From Bispira polyomma (lineage: Eukaryota), in assembly GCA_965649765.1 (NCBI GenBank), contig OZ287749.1, positions 1,426,001 to 1,490,000 on the forward strand: a DNA stretch of 64,000 bases, given 5' to 3'. Shown here piece after piece: positions 1 through 11,671 of this stretch (position 1 is its first letter; the number at the start of each line of letters is the position of its first letter). Both the position numbers and the translations under genes were made by a program. Under the pieces are notes generated by a model. It was not told where the DNA came from and searched no databases. It saw only the letters and a program-made list of their open reading frames with translations.

Positions 1-900
1 TTTGAAAATAAGTAGAAATTTTGTATTATCAGGAATTAATTTCAATTAAGACTTATTCATTCAAGATTCAACTGATGTAAGGCAGCTAGAGAGCTGATCA
101 AGGACTTACAAACAATTTTTGGTGTTGAAGAAGTAATAGATTTCTGTGTCGTCTGCATTAAAGTAATAGCTAATATTATGTTGTGAAGATATTACTTTTC
201 CAAGTGGAGTTGTGTACAATGAAAAAGATGGGGCCTAGGATGGAACCATGCGGAACACCGAATGGGAGATCAAAAGGCAATGACAAGGCTCACCCTTATA
301 ACTTAATCACGGCAGTCTAGATAAGATTCAATCCATTGACGAACTGACAGACCAACATTCATAGAGTACCTTGTGATTAATCGTGTCTAGAAGTCAAGAA
401 GGGTTAGGACAACTAGATCATTTCTATCTAAAACCATGTTGATATAACTGCTAATTTTTAGTAGTACAATTTCAGTAGAATCCAATTTTCTGTAGGCTGA
501 TTGGTATGAGTTTCCAATATCCTTTAAGGTCAAGCGTTCATTTATTTGAAGTGCAACATCTTTCTGGATTAACTTGGAGACAAAGCTTAGATTTGATACG
601 GGTCTTTAAGTTTTAAGATTAATTAGGTCTAAGTTTGGCTTTAAAATAGAGAAGTAACATAGGCAGTTCTAACATACTTTGGGAAGAAGCCCTCTTAAAG
701 TGAATGTTTATTATGTTTGTGATTGGAGAAGAATATCTATACAATCCTTTAATAAGGAAGTAGGGATTGGGTCCTGTACGCATTGTTTAAATGGGGTTGA
801 AGTTATGATTTTGAGGACTTCACCTCTGCCGAGTATTAGGTAGATGTTTTATGTGGTGCAGTTGAGATATTCAGAGAGGTAGCACCGGATCTGTAACTTT
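1..900 (-). mobile_element. Degenerate L2/CR1-group LINE reverse transcriptase remnant (runs off the window start)
   Basis: Minus-strand translation gives DPIPTSLLKDCIDI (~770), RPVSNLSFVSKLI (~600), PFGVPHGSILGP (~250), ADDTEIY (~150) and LKLIPDNTKF (~40), with many stops and frameshifts. Right boundary approximate. Confidence 0.85.
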
Positions 901-1106
901 ATGGAGGATCTTATTAACAGACTGCTATCATTTCCTGGAGTCAGTGCTGTATTTTGATATAAGAAAGTCTTAATAAACCTTTTTTTACCTTCGACAGGAG
1001 CCTATTATTAATGTCTATCTTGGATTTTGTATGGCACCATGTGTTCTTGAGGAACACTTTCCGCCTCTTGGCATTGCAAATTTCTAGGGTAATTTAATAA
1101 TTTAGG

Positions 1107-1299
1107 AATTAATAAAACACCTGGACTAGATAGAATTCCAGGCACAGTATAATTAAAGAATTGTTATGAATTAATAAAACACCTGGACTAGATAGAATTC
1201 CAGGCACAGTATAATTAAAGAATTGTTATCAATTGATAAAACACCTGGACTAGATAGAATTCCAGGCACAGTATAATTAAAGAATTGTTATGAATTGAT
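1107..1299. repeat. 62-bp tandem repeat, 3 copies
   Basis: Unit AATTAATAAAACACCTGGACTAGATAGAATTCCAGGCACAGTATAATTAAAGAATTGTTATG; equivalent positions at 1111, 1173 and 1235. Confidence 0.95.
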
Positions 1300-1713
1300 A
1301 ACATACATTACTCTCTGGTTATGTTTAAGTTACTTATTTTGATCATTGGTAATTAATCAATTCCAATTTGATGGAGTTATACTACACAAGTATATTCTTG
1401 CCATATCTTGCCTTGCTCCTTAATGTGACAACTGAATTGTAAGAAAAAGGAAAAGAAAATAATGAATTATTGTGGAAATCAAGTGCATTTTGATGAGAGA
1501 TGAAAGCAAGATTTGACGTCTGTTGAAAGTTTAGTTCTTCAATAGGCTATACTAGCACACGCTGTTTATCATCTCAAATAGTAACGTTTATCGGAAAAAA
1601 CTGGTTTTTTTTTCTGTTATAGATGTGTTCAATCATAAGTTATTATTGGAAAACAAATTGATTTCTCAAGATTTTGTGTTTAAAATAATGTTATAACAGT
1701 ATTCAACACAACA

Positions 1714-2013
1714 ATGACATACTTTGTGTATGTTTGTAAAAGATATGCAAGACATTTATTAAAATACATCAAGTCTCTATGTTTTATAATATGTCTGATC
1801 GGGTTTATGTGGTTTCATTTTAAATACATCAAGGATTTTAAATTAGTTTGGACACTAAAAGACTATTTAAAACTTGGCTGGATCAATTCACATTCATCAT
1901 TGAAAGGATGCCCTAAAAAATATACAATAACACAATGTGAGCTGGGTATTTGTGTCCCTATTACTGGGAAAGTACTCCAAAGTCAGGATTGTAAATTGTT
2001 TGGGGATGTAGAT
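1714..2013 (+). CDS. DUF1647-like type II membrane protein, coding exon 1 of 4
   Basis: ATG at 1714, basic N-terminus then hydrophobic anchor LCFIICLIGFMWFHF. Exactly 100 codons, then donor GTGAGT at 2014 (phase 0). Upstream acceptor tttttctgttatAG at ~1622. Confidence 0.75.
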
Positions 2014-2602
2014 GTGAGTATAAGGCGGATTGATCTGTATTTTGTATCCTAATTTTTATGTTTATACTAACCAGGACATATATATACTCCTGGATATTTA
2101 GCTTATGTTTTCAGCAGTGACCTATTGTGCACTAATTATATGCTTAATTCCACAACGTTAAATAATATAATGTTTTGCATTTTACTAGAGGAAGCCAAAT
2201 TAGTTGGTCAAAATGTATAATTATTTTTAGGCGGCACTGTCATAAATGACTTTCTCCCTCTCATTAATACTCCAGTGTCTAGTCATCATTGTGTGTATTT
2301 CTTAACCTTTTCCACTCCTATATTATCGGCTGACAACAATGGTTACTCTCAGAGCCTGTGTCTGGCAGTAAGCAGTCGACACACCCAAGAATCTTAATTT
2401 TATTTCACTTCAGTTCCTCGAAATTGGACTCATTTATTTTGAAAATTCTATGTGAGGCCGTTATTAAATGCTGGAAGTAGACTTTGTTGCGTGTTTTAGC
2501 CAACTGTAACTTATTATTCGAAAATTTTCTCACGTTACCGTTTATAGTTTTCTCTTGGGGTCGAAAAGGGTAAAATTCAAAACTTTGATGACTATTCTTT
2601 AG

Positions 2603-2773
2603 TACATCAATCTCAACAGCTCCACTGTGGATGAGTTTGTGTTTGTGACAGCTGCTAGTGAGAACCACAGCCAGGCCTCCTTGTACTGTATTGACACTGT
2701 ACAGAAGTACTTCACTGGTACCAAGATCATATTCTATGATATAGGGATAACATCAACACACTGGATACAACAG
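2603..2773 (+). CDS. DUF1647-like protein, exon 2
   Basis: ttctttAG|YINLNSSTVDEFVFVTAASENHSQASLYCIDTVQKYFTGTKIIFYDIGITSTHWIQQ|GTAATT. FVTAASxNH and YDxG motifs; phase 0-0. Confidence 0.88.
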
Positions 2774-3492
2774 GTAATTGATAATCTGTAAATATACCCA
2801 ACCAGTAAGATCTTAACAACTTTTAAGTAGAGTTTTGAATCGATATGTTAGTGTTTACATTTTTAAGCAATAGTAAAGTTGGCGAGGTACCAAAGGGACT
2901 GCACTCTATTTCTAAAGAGTGAACACTGACAAGGGGCCCACTAAAACCACAGCCAAACAATCTTGTAATGTTCTACACACTCCTTGAAAACAGATTACAA
3001 CTTGTTTTTTTCAATTAGAAAATCTGAAGGTAAAATTATAATTTCCAGAACAGATATTCTACATTCTGCGAGAGATGTTTACTACAAATGTTATTTTGAA
3101 AATACTTTTATGTTTGAATGTGTATCTTTTTTTTACTTAAATAATGAAACTCAAAACATTGTCTATCAATATATATCTCTGAAGTCACCCTACTTTGTAA
3201 GCTTTTATTCATGGGATATGGTAGCATGTAAGTCACTCAATATTTATAAGAAGTAATTATTTTCCTTGAGATAGTGACATCATGCATGATAACATTGTGT
3301 TATTCACAATGGCATTGGAATGTACATATTCATCTGGAATTTGTAAATAATAATAATAATTGAAACATTTATAGAGCACCAAATTGATGAAAAACTATCT
3401 TTTAAGGCCCTAAAGGGAAGGGTCTAAAAATACAAAAGAAATGCATGGTGACTTTGTGTTTATTCACATTTGTGTACACATCCTTATGCTGT

Positions 3493-3620
3493 TTATTATT
3501 ATTATTATGAATTTTTAACGCGCTTTATTGATGCTAGGCATCTTCTAAAGTGCAACAGCAGAATCATTTATCCAATCAAAAAATCCATGGGCATAGCAAA
3601 GACATAAGGAAGGAAAAGGG
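3493..3620 (-). mobile_element. 3' end fragment of L2 family A with (TAA)n tail
   Basis: Reverse complement matches the 3' UTR at ~9020-9150 (GCTTTAGAAGATGCCTAGCATCAATAAAGCGCGTTAAAAAT). Confidence 0.85.
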
Positions 3621-4061
3621 ATAAATACTTTAACTTTTTAACCAAAACGTTTTAACCAAAAGTCAGCTTTCTATGCAGATTATATGAGTTATGATGATTA
3701 TAAGTTTAGTCAGTCAGTAATTATTGGAACTTGGGAATCTGATACACCTAACATTCTTATAAATGGAATTTAACAGGAAAATTCTATATTCTTAAATGTG
3801 CAAGATCCAATGGATACTTAAATTTCTGCGAGTACCAAAAGTGTCTAAAGAGAAAATATAGCAAACAATACTTGTTATTTCAAATAGAAATGTGTGCTGA
3901 AAAGTTTAGCAAATTATTGTCAGTGTTTATAAATCTGTTAAAACCATAATTTATGTTACCCACAAATTAATGTTCAATTTAAAATTGATAAATACTCTCT
4001 GTAACTAAACCTTGATTGGGTGTTTGCTACCTTCACCCTCCCGAGATGTTTCTTGTGTTTT

Positions 4062-4970
4062 TTTAAAGTACCATAAGGAGTATCTAGTATTTAATGAATA
4101 TGACTTTAGACTTTAAAGTACTATAAGATGTGTCTTTAGTATTTAATGAGTATGACTTTAGATTTTAAGGTACCATAAGGAGTCTCTAGAATTTAATGAG
4201 TATGACTTTGGACTTTAAAGTACTATATGGAGTATCTAGTATTTAATGAGTATGACTTTAGACTTTAAAATACTATAAGGTGTCTCTAGTATTTAATGAG
4301 TTTGACTTTAGATTTTAAAATACTATAAGGTGTCTCCAGTATTTAATGAGTATGACTTTAGACTTTAAAGTACCATAAGGAGTATCTAGTATTTAATGAG
4401 TATGACTTTAGACTTTAAAGTACCATAAGGTGTCTAGTATATAATGAGTATGACTTTAGAGTTTAAAGTACCATAAGGAGTATCTAGTATTTAATGAATA
4501 TGACTTTAGACTTTAAAGTACTATAAGGTGTGTCTTTAGTACTTAATGAGTATGACTTTAGATTTTAAGGTACCACAAGGAGTCTCTAGAATTTAATGAG
4601 TATGACTTTGGACTTTAAAGTACTATATGGAGTATCTAGTATTTAATGAGTATGACTTTAGACTTTAAAATACTATAAGGTGTCTCTAGTATTTAATGAG
4701 TTTGACTTTAGATTTTAAAATACTATAAGGTGTCTCCAGTATTTAATGAGTATGACTTTAGACTTTAAAATACTATAAGGTGTCTCTAGTATTTAATGAG
4801 TATGACTTTAGATTTTAAAATACTATAAGGTGTCTCTGGTATTTAATGAGTATAACTTTAGATTTTAAAATACTATAAGGAGTCTCTAGTGTTTAATGAG
4901 TATGACTTTAGACTTTAAAGTACCATAAGGAGTATCTAGTATTTAATGAGTATGACTTTAGACTTTAAAG
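4062..4970. repeat. 50-bp minisatellite, ~18 copies, in intron 2 of the DUF1647-like gene
   Basis: Unit TTAAAGTACCATAAGGAGTATCTAGTATTTAATGAGTATGACTTTAGACT; period 50 (e.g. 4261 vs 4311). Confidence 0.95.
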
Positions 4971-5293
4971 CTAAGATATCCTTTAGCCTGACATATGCGG
5001 CGGCGGGAGTGAATAAGACTCATAATTGTAGTGTGTTTTTCATTTTTAATGCACCTTATTGACATAAAGTATCTTCTGAAGCACGAACAAATCAGAATCA
5101 ATTAATCAATCTAGAACTTAAAAACATAGCCACAGTCGTAAGCAAGGATGTGGGGAGAGAATTATGGGCGTAAGAGTGTCGGGACATAATCAGTTTCATT
5201 GTGCAAAGACAAGGGAGATTAGGCATCGGTTTTACAATGTATTCCATGATGTAACCTTAATTTTATTAACATATTATCATTCTGTGTTTATAG

Positions 5294-5398
5294 ATTGAGA
5301 AAATACAAAACCTTGAGTACAGGAAACTGGACTTTTCTAGATACCCTGCTCATGTGCAGACGATCAGCCAGTATTTTTGGAAGCCTCTGGTTATAATG
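5294..5398 (+). CDS. DUF1647-like protein, exon 3
   Basis: tttatAG|IEKIQNLEYRKLDFSRYPAHVQTISQYFWKPLVIM|GTAAGG. FxxYPxHV...YxWKPL motif; phase 0-0. Confidence 0.88.
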
Positions 5399-5499
5399 GT
5401 AAGGTGACACTCCAAAAGAAACATCAACAGACACTTTAATGTTGATTGAGTTAAATTTTGGTTCATTTCTCAAACAGTTTTTAGTGAAAATTAGACAGT

Positions 5500-8400
5500 G
5501 TATCATATTGTGGTTTAGCGTGCACCAGTTAAGTACCATTTTAAAATTTCCGTTTCGTGATTTGTAAAATTCTTACTGGTACCTCGAGTTATGGCGAAAA
5601 ACATTACATATTTTGATTAGTTACAGTTCTTTTTATCATATTTACTTTGTCTGTCTTATAGGGCTTTTCTTGCCATTTATCACCTAGCTGTTTAACCTTC
5701 TGTTATTATCGCCCACATTTCCCGTTTTACGCATTCGTTTTTCTTCTGCTATTTTCGCATTTCCTTTTTTTCTATGTGATTTAGTTCACATAATTTTATA
5801 CTACAAGTGTTTTTACATAGAATAGAATACATCTTTTATTTTGATTCCGTCTAGCTGTGATTTATATTTGGTTCTTTTTCTTGCTACTGCTCCTTCACCT
5901 CTGAGATGTGGAAGTTCTGTTTAACACTTCTCCCGTATATGATTCTGGCCGGTGTTAGATTACATAAATGGAGCGCCTGCTCTCCATCCAATACACCTTT
6001 TTTCGACCAATTTGCACTTGGTCCATCTCTACTAGCCTCCCTGGATAAGGTGAACACTTCTTTTTTAGCCTTTCAAATTCACATTACCCACCGTCCAAAC
6101 CCCAGGGTTAACAGTATTTGGATCCCTCTGTTGACTGCGTTCTGCGGGGACGTCAGCATTAATCTGGGCCCTCCAGCATCCTTGCTTAAGATCGGTGCAT
6201 TTAATGCCCGTTCCCTGCGGAATAAGGCACCTGCGGCTATCGACTTAGTCATAGCCCAGGACCTGGATGTTGCTGCCGTCTCCGAGACGTGGCTCAGCAG
6301 TAGGGATACGACATCCTTTTTATCGGATATTACTCCTCCGGGTTACAAATTTCATCAGTTCCCCAGGTTGCACAAATGCGGGGGAGGAGTTGGCATTTTT
6401 GTGAAAAATACCCTTTCCTGTGAAATTCTAAAAAACCAGTCCTACTCGTCTTTCGAACACATTTCATACAAAATTTCAAACGGTTATCATTCATTCCTAG
6501 TTTCCTCCTTTTACAGACCACCCATCCCTTCTTTAACTAGTTTTACTCAAGAGTTTTCCGAATTCCTTGAGACCCTTAACCTTCTCCCATTTGAAGCTAT
6601 CATCCTTGGTGATTTCAACATCAAGCTCGACATAGAAAATACTACGACAAAAGATTTCAACACCCTCCTCGACACTTTTGGGTTCTCACAGTTTATCTCT
6701 ACTTCAACCCACATCCACAATCACATACTCGATCTGGTAATCGCAAGACCAAATTCAAATCTCATCAGAGAATCATGGGTAACTGATGAATTTCAGATCA
6801 CCTAGCAACTTTCGCCTATTTAAATTTACCAATACCTGCCTCACATAAACCTCGTGTCATAAAATATAGAAACATCAGAAAAATTAATATAAACAAATTC
6901 AGAGACAATATCCTGGAAACTAATCTCATCAAACATCCATGCAAAACTGCTGAAAGCCTTAGCTTACAATACAATCACTGCCTTTCTACTGTCCTTGATA
7001 AACATGCGCCATGGGTATCAAAAACCCTTCCCCCAACTAACAACCATGAATGGACCAATGCCGCCATTACAGAAGCCAAAAGACGCAAACGCCAACTTGA
7101 GCGTCAATGGCGACGCACAAAATCCTCCTTAGACAGAAGCCGTTACCATATCGCCACAAATAATTACAACAGGCTAATAACTGATACCAAAAAGCAACAC
7201 TACGACTCCATCATCACCGAAAATCAGGATAATCCCAAAAGGTTATGGGCCTCCATAAACAAAATTCTACATCGTACATCAGAGAAGGTTCTCCCCATAA
7301 ACCACTGTCTTACTTTTTTAGCAGAAAAATTTGGAAAATATTTTACAGAAAAAATCAGCAACATTCGTGACGCCTTCCCAAAGATACATCACTTCAATCT
7401 TCCAGCCCCAGGATATAAGGTTTGTAACCTGTTTCATTTTAGTACACTGTCAGAGCTTGAAGTTCTGAAACTCATCAAATCCTCTACTATTAAATCTTGT
7501 GACTTAGATCCCATCCCAGCAGTTATTCTGAGTCAATGTCTTGACATTCTTGTCACACCCATAACAAATATATTAAATTTTTCTCTTCGGGATGGTGTCT
7601 TTCCCACCTGTTTCAAGACGGCAAATGTAACTCCCTTGATTAAAAAACAAGGGCTTGATAGAAACCAGCTCAAAAACTACAGACCGGTGTCAAACCTTAG
7701 CTTCGTCTCAAAAGTCATCGAGAAAGCTGTGGCTAAACAAATTTCTGACCACCTTAATAGGCAAAACATTGAAAATCGCCACCAGTCTGCTTATAGAAAA
7801 TTTCACTCTACAGAAAGTGCCTTTTTTTCCATCAGCAATGATATCAATCTTGCACTGGACCGCAACAACACAGTGGCCCTCACCCTTCTGGATCTCTCAG
7901 CTGCATTCGACACTATTGATCATGTCCTGCTTTGCGACACACTCAAGCAGTGGTTTGGTATAAATGGCAGTGTCCTTAAATGGATCAGATCCTACCTTAC
8001 TCTTAGGGCACAAAGAATTAAACTAGATGATCACCTATCATCTTCCATAAAACTTCCATATGGAGTACCCCAGGGATCCGTCCTTGGTCCTCTACTTTTC
8101 ACCTTTTATACACATCCTCTCAGCACTGTCATCAATAAACACAATATAAAACACCACATGTATGCAGACGACACTCAAGTCTATTTCTCTCTCAATCCAC
8201 AAAACGCAGATACTAACATAGACCTACTTGCAGACTGTCTGTCTGATGTCCAGGCGTGGATGAACTACTCCAGACTAAAGCTTAACCCTGACAAAACAAA
8301 ATTCATCCTCATAGGAAACAAGAAAAACAGTGAACTCCTAAAATCTTTGTTTCCCATCTCCCTGCTGGAAAAAGACATACTACCTTCCGAAAATGCTAAA

Positions 8401-9151
8401 AACCTGGGTGTCACTTTTGATTCAGCTTTTTCGTTCGATACTCATGTTGTCAACATCTGTCGCTCCTGCTATTACCACATACGCGACATCAAAAGAATCA
8501 GAAACCACTTGTCCATGGACACAGCGATAATTGTGGCAAATGCCCTTGTAAATAGCCGCCTCAACTACTGCAATTCTCTATTGTACGAAGCAAATAAGTC
8601 AAACATTAAAAAGTTCCAGTCCATCCAAAACTACCTATGTAGGGTCATTTTTCGCCTGGGTTGTCGCACAGACGTTACTCCTTACCTCAAAAAATTACAC
8701 TGGTTGCCCATTAAATCTCGAATTTTGTTTAAAATTCACGTTACCACTTTTAAGGCTGTAATCACTCAACAGCCACCCTACCTTGCCTCCCTTCTTTCCT
8801 TTAGTAACCGCAAGAGAGGCAACAGACTCTCTGTCACTTCGGTCAGACCAATCAGAAAGGCGGGTTTCAGAGCGTTCTCCACCGCAGCTCCACGGTTATG
8901 GAACAGTCTCCCAGTTGACCTCAGATCAGTTGACACACTTATCGGTTTTAGGAAAAAGCTTAAAACCTATCATTTTAATCTTGCCTACCCACCTTAGCTT
9001 TCCTCGTGCACGCTCCCACTTCCTTCCTTACGACTCTGCAATTTCCATGGACTTAATGATTGGACTAATGATTCTGCTGTTGTGCTTTAGAAGATGCCTA
9101 GCATCAATAAAGCGCGTTAAAAATCTATCTATAATAATCTATAATAATAAT
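5500..9151 (+). mobile_element. Near full-length L2/CR1-group LINE (family A), single APE-RT ORF, (TAA)n tail
   Basis: APE motifs (FNARSLRNK, SETW, GGGV, YRPP, GDFN, LDL, SDH) and RT motifs ([30 protein letters not shown]), ending AYPP*. Tail at 9131-9151. 5' boundary approximate. Confidence 0.95.
5906..8997 (+). pseudogene. LINE ORF2 (APE endonuclease + reverse transcriptase) with one frameshift at ~6789
   Basis: The frame starting at 5906 ends at 6805. A second frame that I translated from 6790 (ISDHLATF...) is open without stops into ORF 7636-8997. Confidence 0.9.
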
Positions 9152-9554
9152 TGCTAAATGTACGTTATTACTTCAGTATATTGAGTTTCCCTGCTATAGT
9201 ATATATTGTTTTAGGTGTCCTAATCCTTTATAGTCACACTGCTATCTCTACATTATCTCTTTTTGTTCTGATTGATAAAGGTTTATCACCTCTTTTGTAC
9301 AGTCACTATATGGTTAAGCAAATAAATATATTTGTTTAGGTTATATTGGAACTAATCAAACAATTCAACCGTTGTATAGTTAGTTGGTAGGAGGACCTTA
9401 TGTGACGCTTTCCATCAGTACCTACTGTACCGATAGGAATGGTGTGTGTGTATTTTTCGTTCCTTAAACACAAAGTATGTCATCTATTTTGCAGTAATGT
9501 TCTGTTTCCTTAAGTAAAATAAATCTCAAATTTATTGATTTTGTTCACTTTTAG

Positions 9555-10055
9555 GAGGCACTAAGGGACTATTCAGCAGTTTTCTGGATAGACAGCACTG
9601 TCCGGTTCACAGCTGAAGCTCAAAACCTTTCCCATTTGTTCAGCTACATCCTGGCAGAGACCAAGGGGGTTCTTCTGTTCCAGAACAACCCAACATGCCA
9701 TACAAACTATGCGGTCACGCATCCATCCATGTATGATTACCTGCTTACTGATATTGGGATGCAGAAAGAGACCAAGCAGTATGGAAGTGGGACCATGGTG
9801 TTTTACCGGACCAAATGGGTGATGGAGAATATCATGTACTGGTTTGTGTTGTGTGCCCTGGACAAAGACTGCTTTGCACCAGCAGGATCAGAGGTTGATT
9901 GTAAGAAGGAGAACAAACACAGGAAATATTGGGATTGCCATAGATATGACCAGGCTGTAATTAATATACTACTGAGTAATGCTTTTAGTTTTAATACAAA
10001 TAGGTATGCATATCCTGGACAACTTTTAACAATAAACTGGAGGGATACACCTTGA
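9555..10055 (+). CDS. DUF1647-like protein, terminal exon 4
   Basis: cacttttAG|EALRDYSAVFWIDSTVRF...THPSMYDYL...WFVLCALDKDCFAP...CHRYDQAVINILL...*. In frame with ORF 9636-10055. AATAAA at 10089 and 10235. Confidence 0.9.
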   Translation, partial: EALRDYSAVFWIDSTVRFTAEAQNLSHLFSYILAETKGVLLFQNNPTCHTNYAVTHPSMYDYLLTDIGMQKETKQYGSGTMVFYRTKWVMENIMYWFVLCALDKDCFAPAGSEVDCKKENKHRKYWDCHRYDQAVINILLSNAFSFNTNRYAYPGQLLTINWRDTP

Positions 10056-11084
10056 TGGTTGATCCTTCTGTAAAACCTTTGGTTAAAGAATAAATTGAAG
10101 TAAAATACCTCGATGCTTCATTGCTTGGTAATGTTGTTGCACTATGAAAAAAGGGAACCAACCATGTAGTGTAAAACATGGAATATGAATGAATTGTTTT
10201 CCTCATTCATGCAATATACGTTCATTCTTTGGAAAATAAAACAATATTGAATATCTATCTCATTAAGGTAGATAGTTTTTGATCAATGATATTAAATTAC
10301 AAAGAAATCATTTAGTTAAGTGTAATCGAAATATCATAAATAATGTTGGAAACTAAGTGTCGGTTCTAAATGTAATTAGTTTGAAAACTATATCCTGCAG
10401 AATTACCAATTGATGAGGACACATATTTTCAGTCAATTATGTCACATCAAGTGAATCCAGCCTTGTGTAATAAGTAAGTATTATTAAATGTTTAATTTAA
10501 TTTAGTTTTTCATAAGTTCGACAATGGTATAAACAACAAAGGACACATAAACTGTCAGTTCTGATAAAACAAAATAGAAGAATCAACCAGCATTCTTTTC
10601 CTAAGTAAAGAAGCTTGGGGATGAACATTTATTAACATCTCCAAGGTTCTTTAACCGTCATTATGACCGCTTGTATATGTGGAAGCCACATTAAGACATA
10701 TATCCTCCTTGGTTTGATTCCCCCATGGGGATATTTTGGCCCATTTCTGTTTTCTTTGATGTCTACCCTTTACCTTGGTATTCGTCAAAACATTTGAAGT
10801 TCATTGCTTATTGTGTTGTGAGGTACTTGCAGTAGGTCACTGTTTTCCAATACAAACAACATTGGTTCCTCCACAAATAAATCTGAGCATCCAACATGAC
10901 TAAAGATGAAAGTAATGCAAACCCCAAATACATGTTTTCACTGTCCTATATACTTGCAAAAAAACAATATATTACAATAACAAATTAAAGAAAATGCACA
11001 GCCAACAGAAGCAGAGATCATTTTAAATCTTTGCACGGCCATTATTATGTGTTTGGTCGGCTCTAAAGGTCACATCTGGAGAGA

Positions 11085-11275
11085 AATGGTGACGATGGGT
11101 GTGGTCATAGCTTAAATGGGGCATACACAGGACGTAAACGGGTCAGAACTGGTGGGATCTGGACAGGACTGGTGCAATCTGGAGCAAATGTTGCATACAC
11201 ATATAATGATGTTCTTAGATCTTGTATGGTCTGGTCTGGTCTGGTCTTGTGAGGTGTTTTAAAACTGGGCATATA
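11085..11275. mobile_element. Fragment of the same non-autonomous element family as 15355-16102
   Basis: Shares AATCTGGAGCAAA(T/C)GTTGCAT...GGTCTGGTCTGG with 15360-15415. Confidence 0.55.
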
Positions 11276-11480
11276 GGCCTAGTGGTTAGAAGTCTTAGCT
11301 TCACAACCACTGGGTTCGAATCCAGTTTGTTCCTTCATGTGAAAAAGTTTGTCATGTACTTTCTGTTGGTCGGTGGTTGACACAATGCTTTAGCACTGGG
11401 TTTTTTCCACCATTAAATCTAGCCGTCACCAATATGACCTAAGCTGTCAAAGGCGACATGAACCCCAACTAAATTCAAAC
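11276..11480 (+). mobile_element. tRNA-derived SINE (V-domain-like)
   Basis: A box GGCCTAGTGG and B box GGTTCGAATCC, then GGTCGGTGGTT...TTCCACCATTAAA...GCTGTCAAAGGCGAC...AACCCCAAC, resembling mollusc V-SINEs. A similar 3' piece lies at ~17690-17762. Confidence 0.75.
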
Positions 11481-11671
11481 AGAGGATTAACGTATAAAGG
11501 AGCTCAATAAGTGTCTTTTCTGCATAAGTTCCAGACAAGGATAGATGGCTTTCCATTTTGTAAGCCAAGACAGAATCTCTTTGTAAAACTTATTGGCAGT
11601 TGTTGGATGTGCCATTGATTTCCTTTTTTTGTCCCAAGAGGTGTTGCTCACAAATCCCACCAAACTCCTTT

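Noticed and set aside
1107-1299. Repeat with an internal hairpin (CCTGGA...TCCAGG) as a CRISPR-like array
   Set aside because: Whole units repeat with no unique spacers, there are no cas genes, and the context is eukaryotic. The same applies to the 50-, 52- and 54-bp arrays.
7655-9157. Alternative-frame ORFs inside LINE and Gypsy copies (7655, 8783, 57071, 62233 and others)
   Set aside because: Shadow frames of RT or integrase coding sequence.
11276-11330. tRNA gene
   Set aside because: A and B boxes are present but there is no complete cloverleaf, and the sequence continues into a SINE body. Likewise for the heads at 26081-26338.
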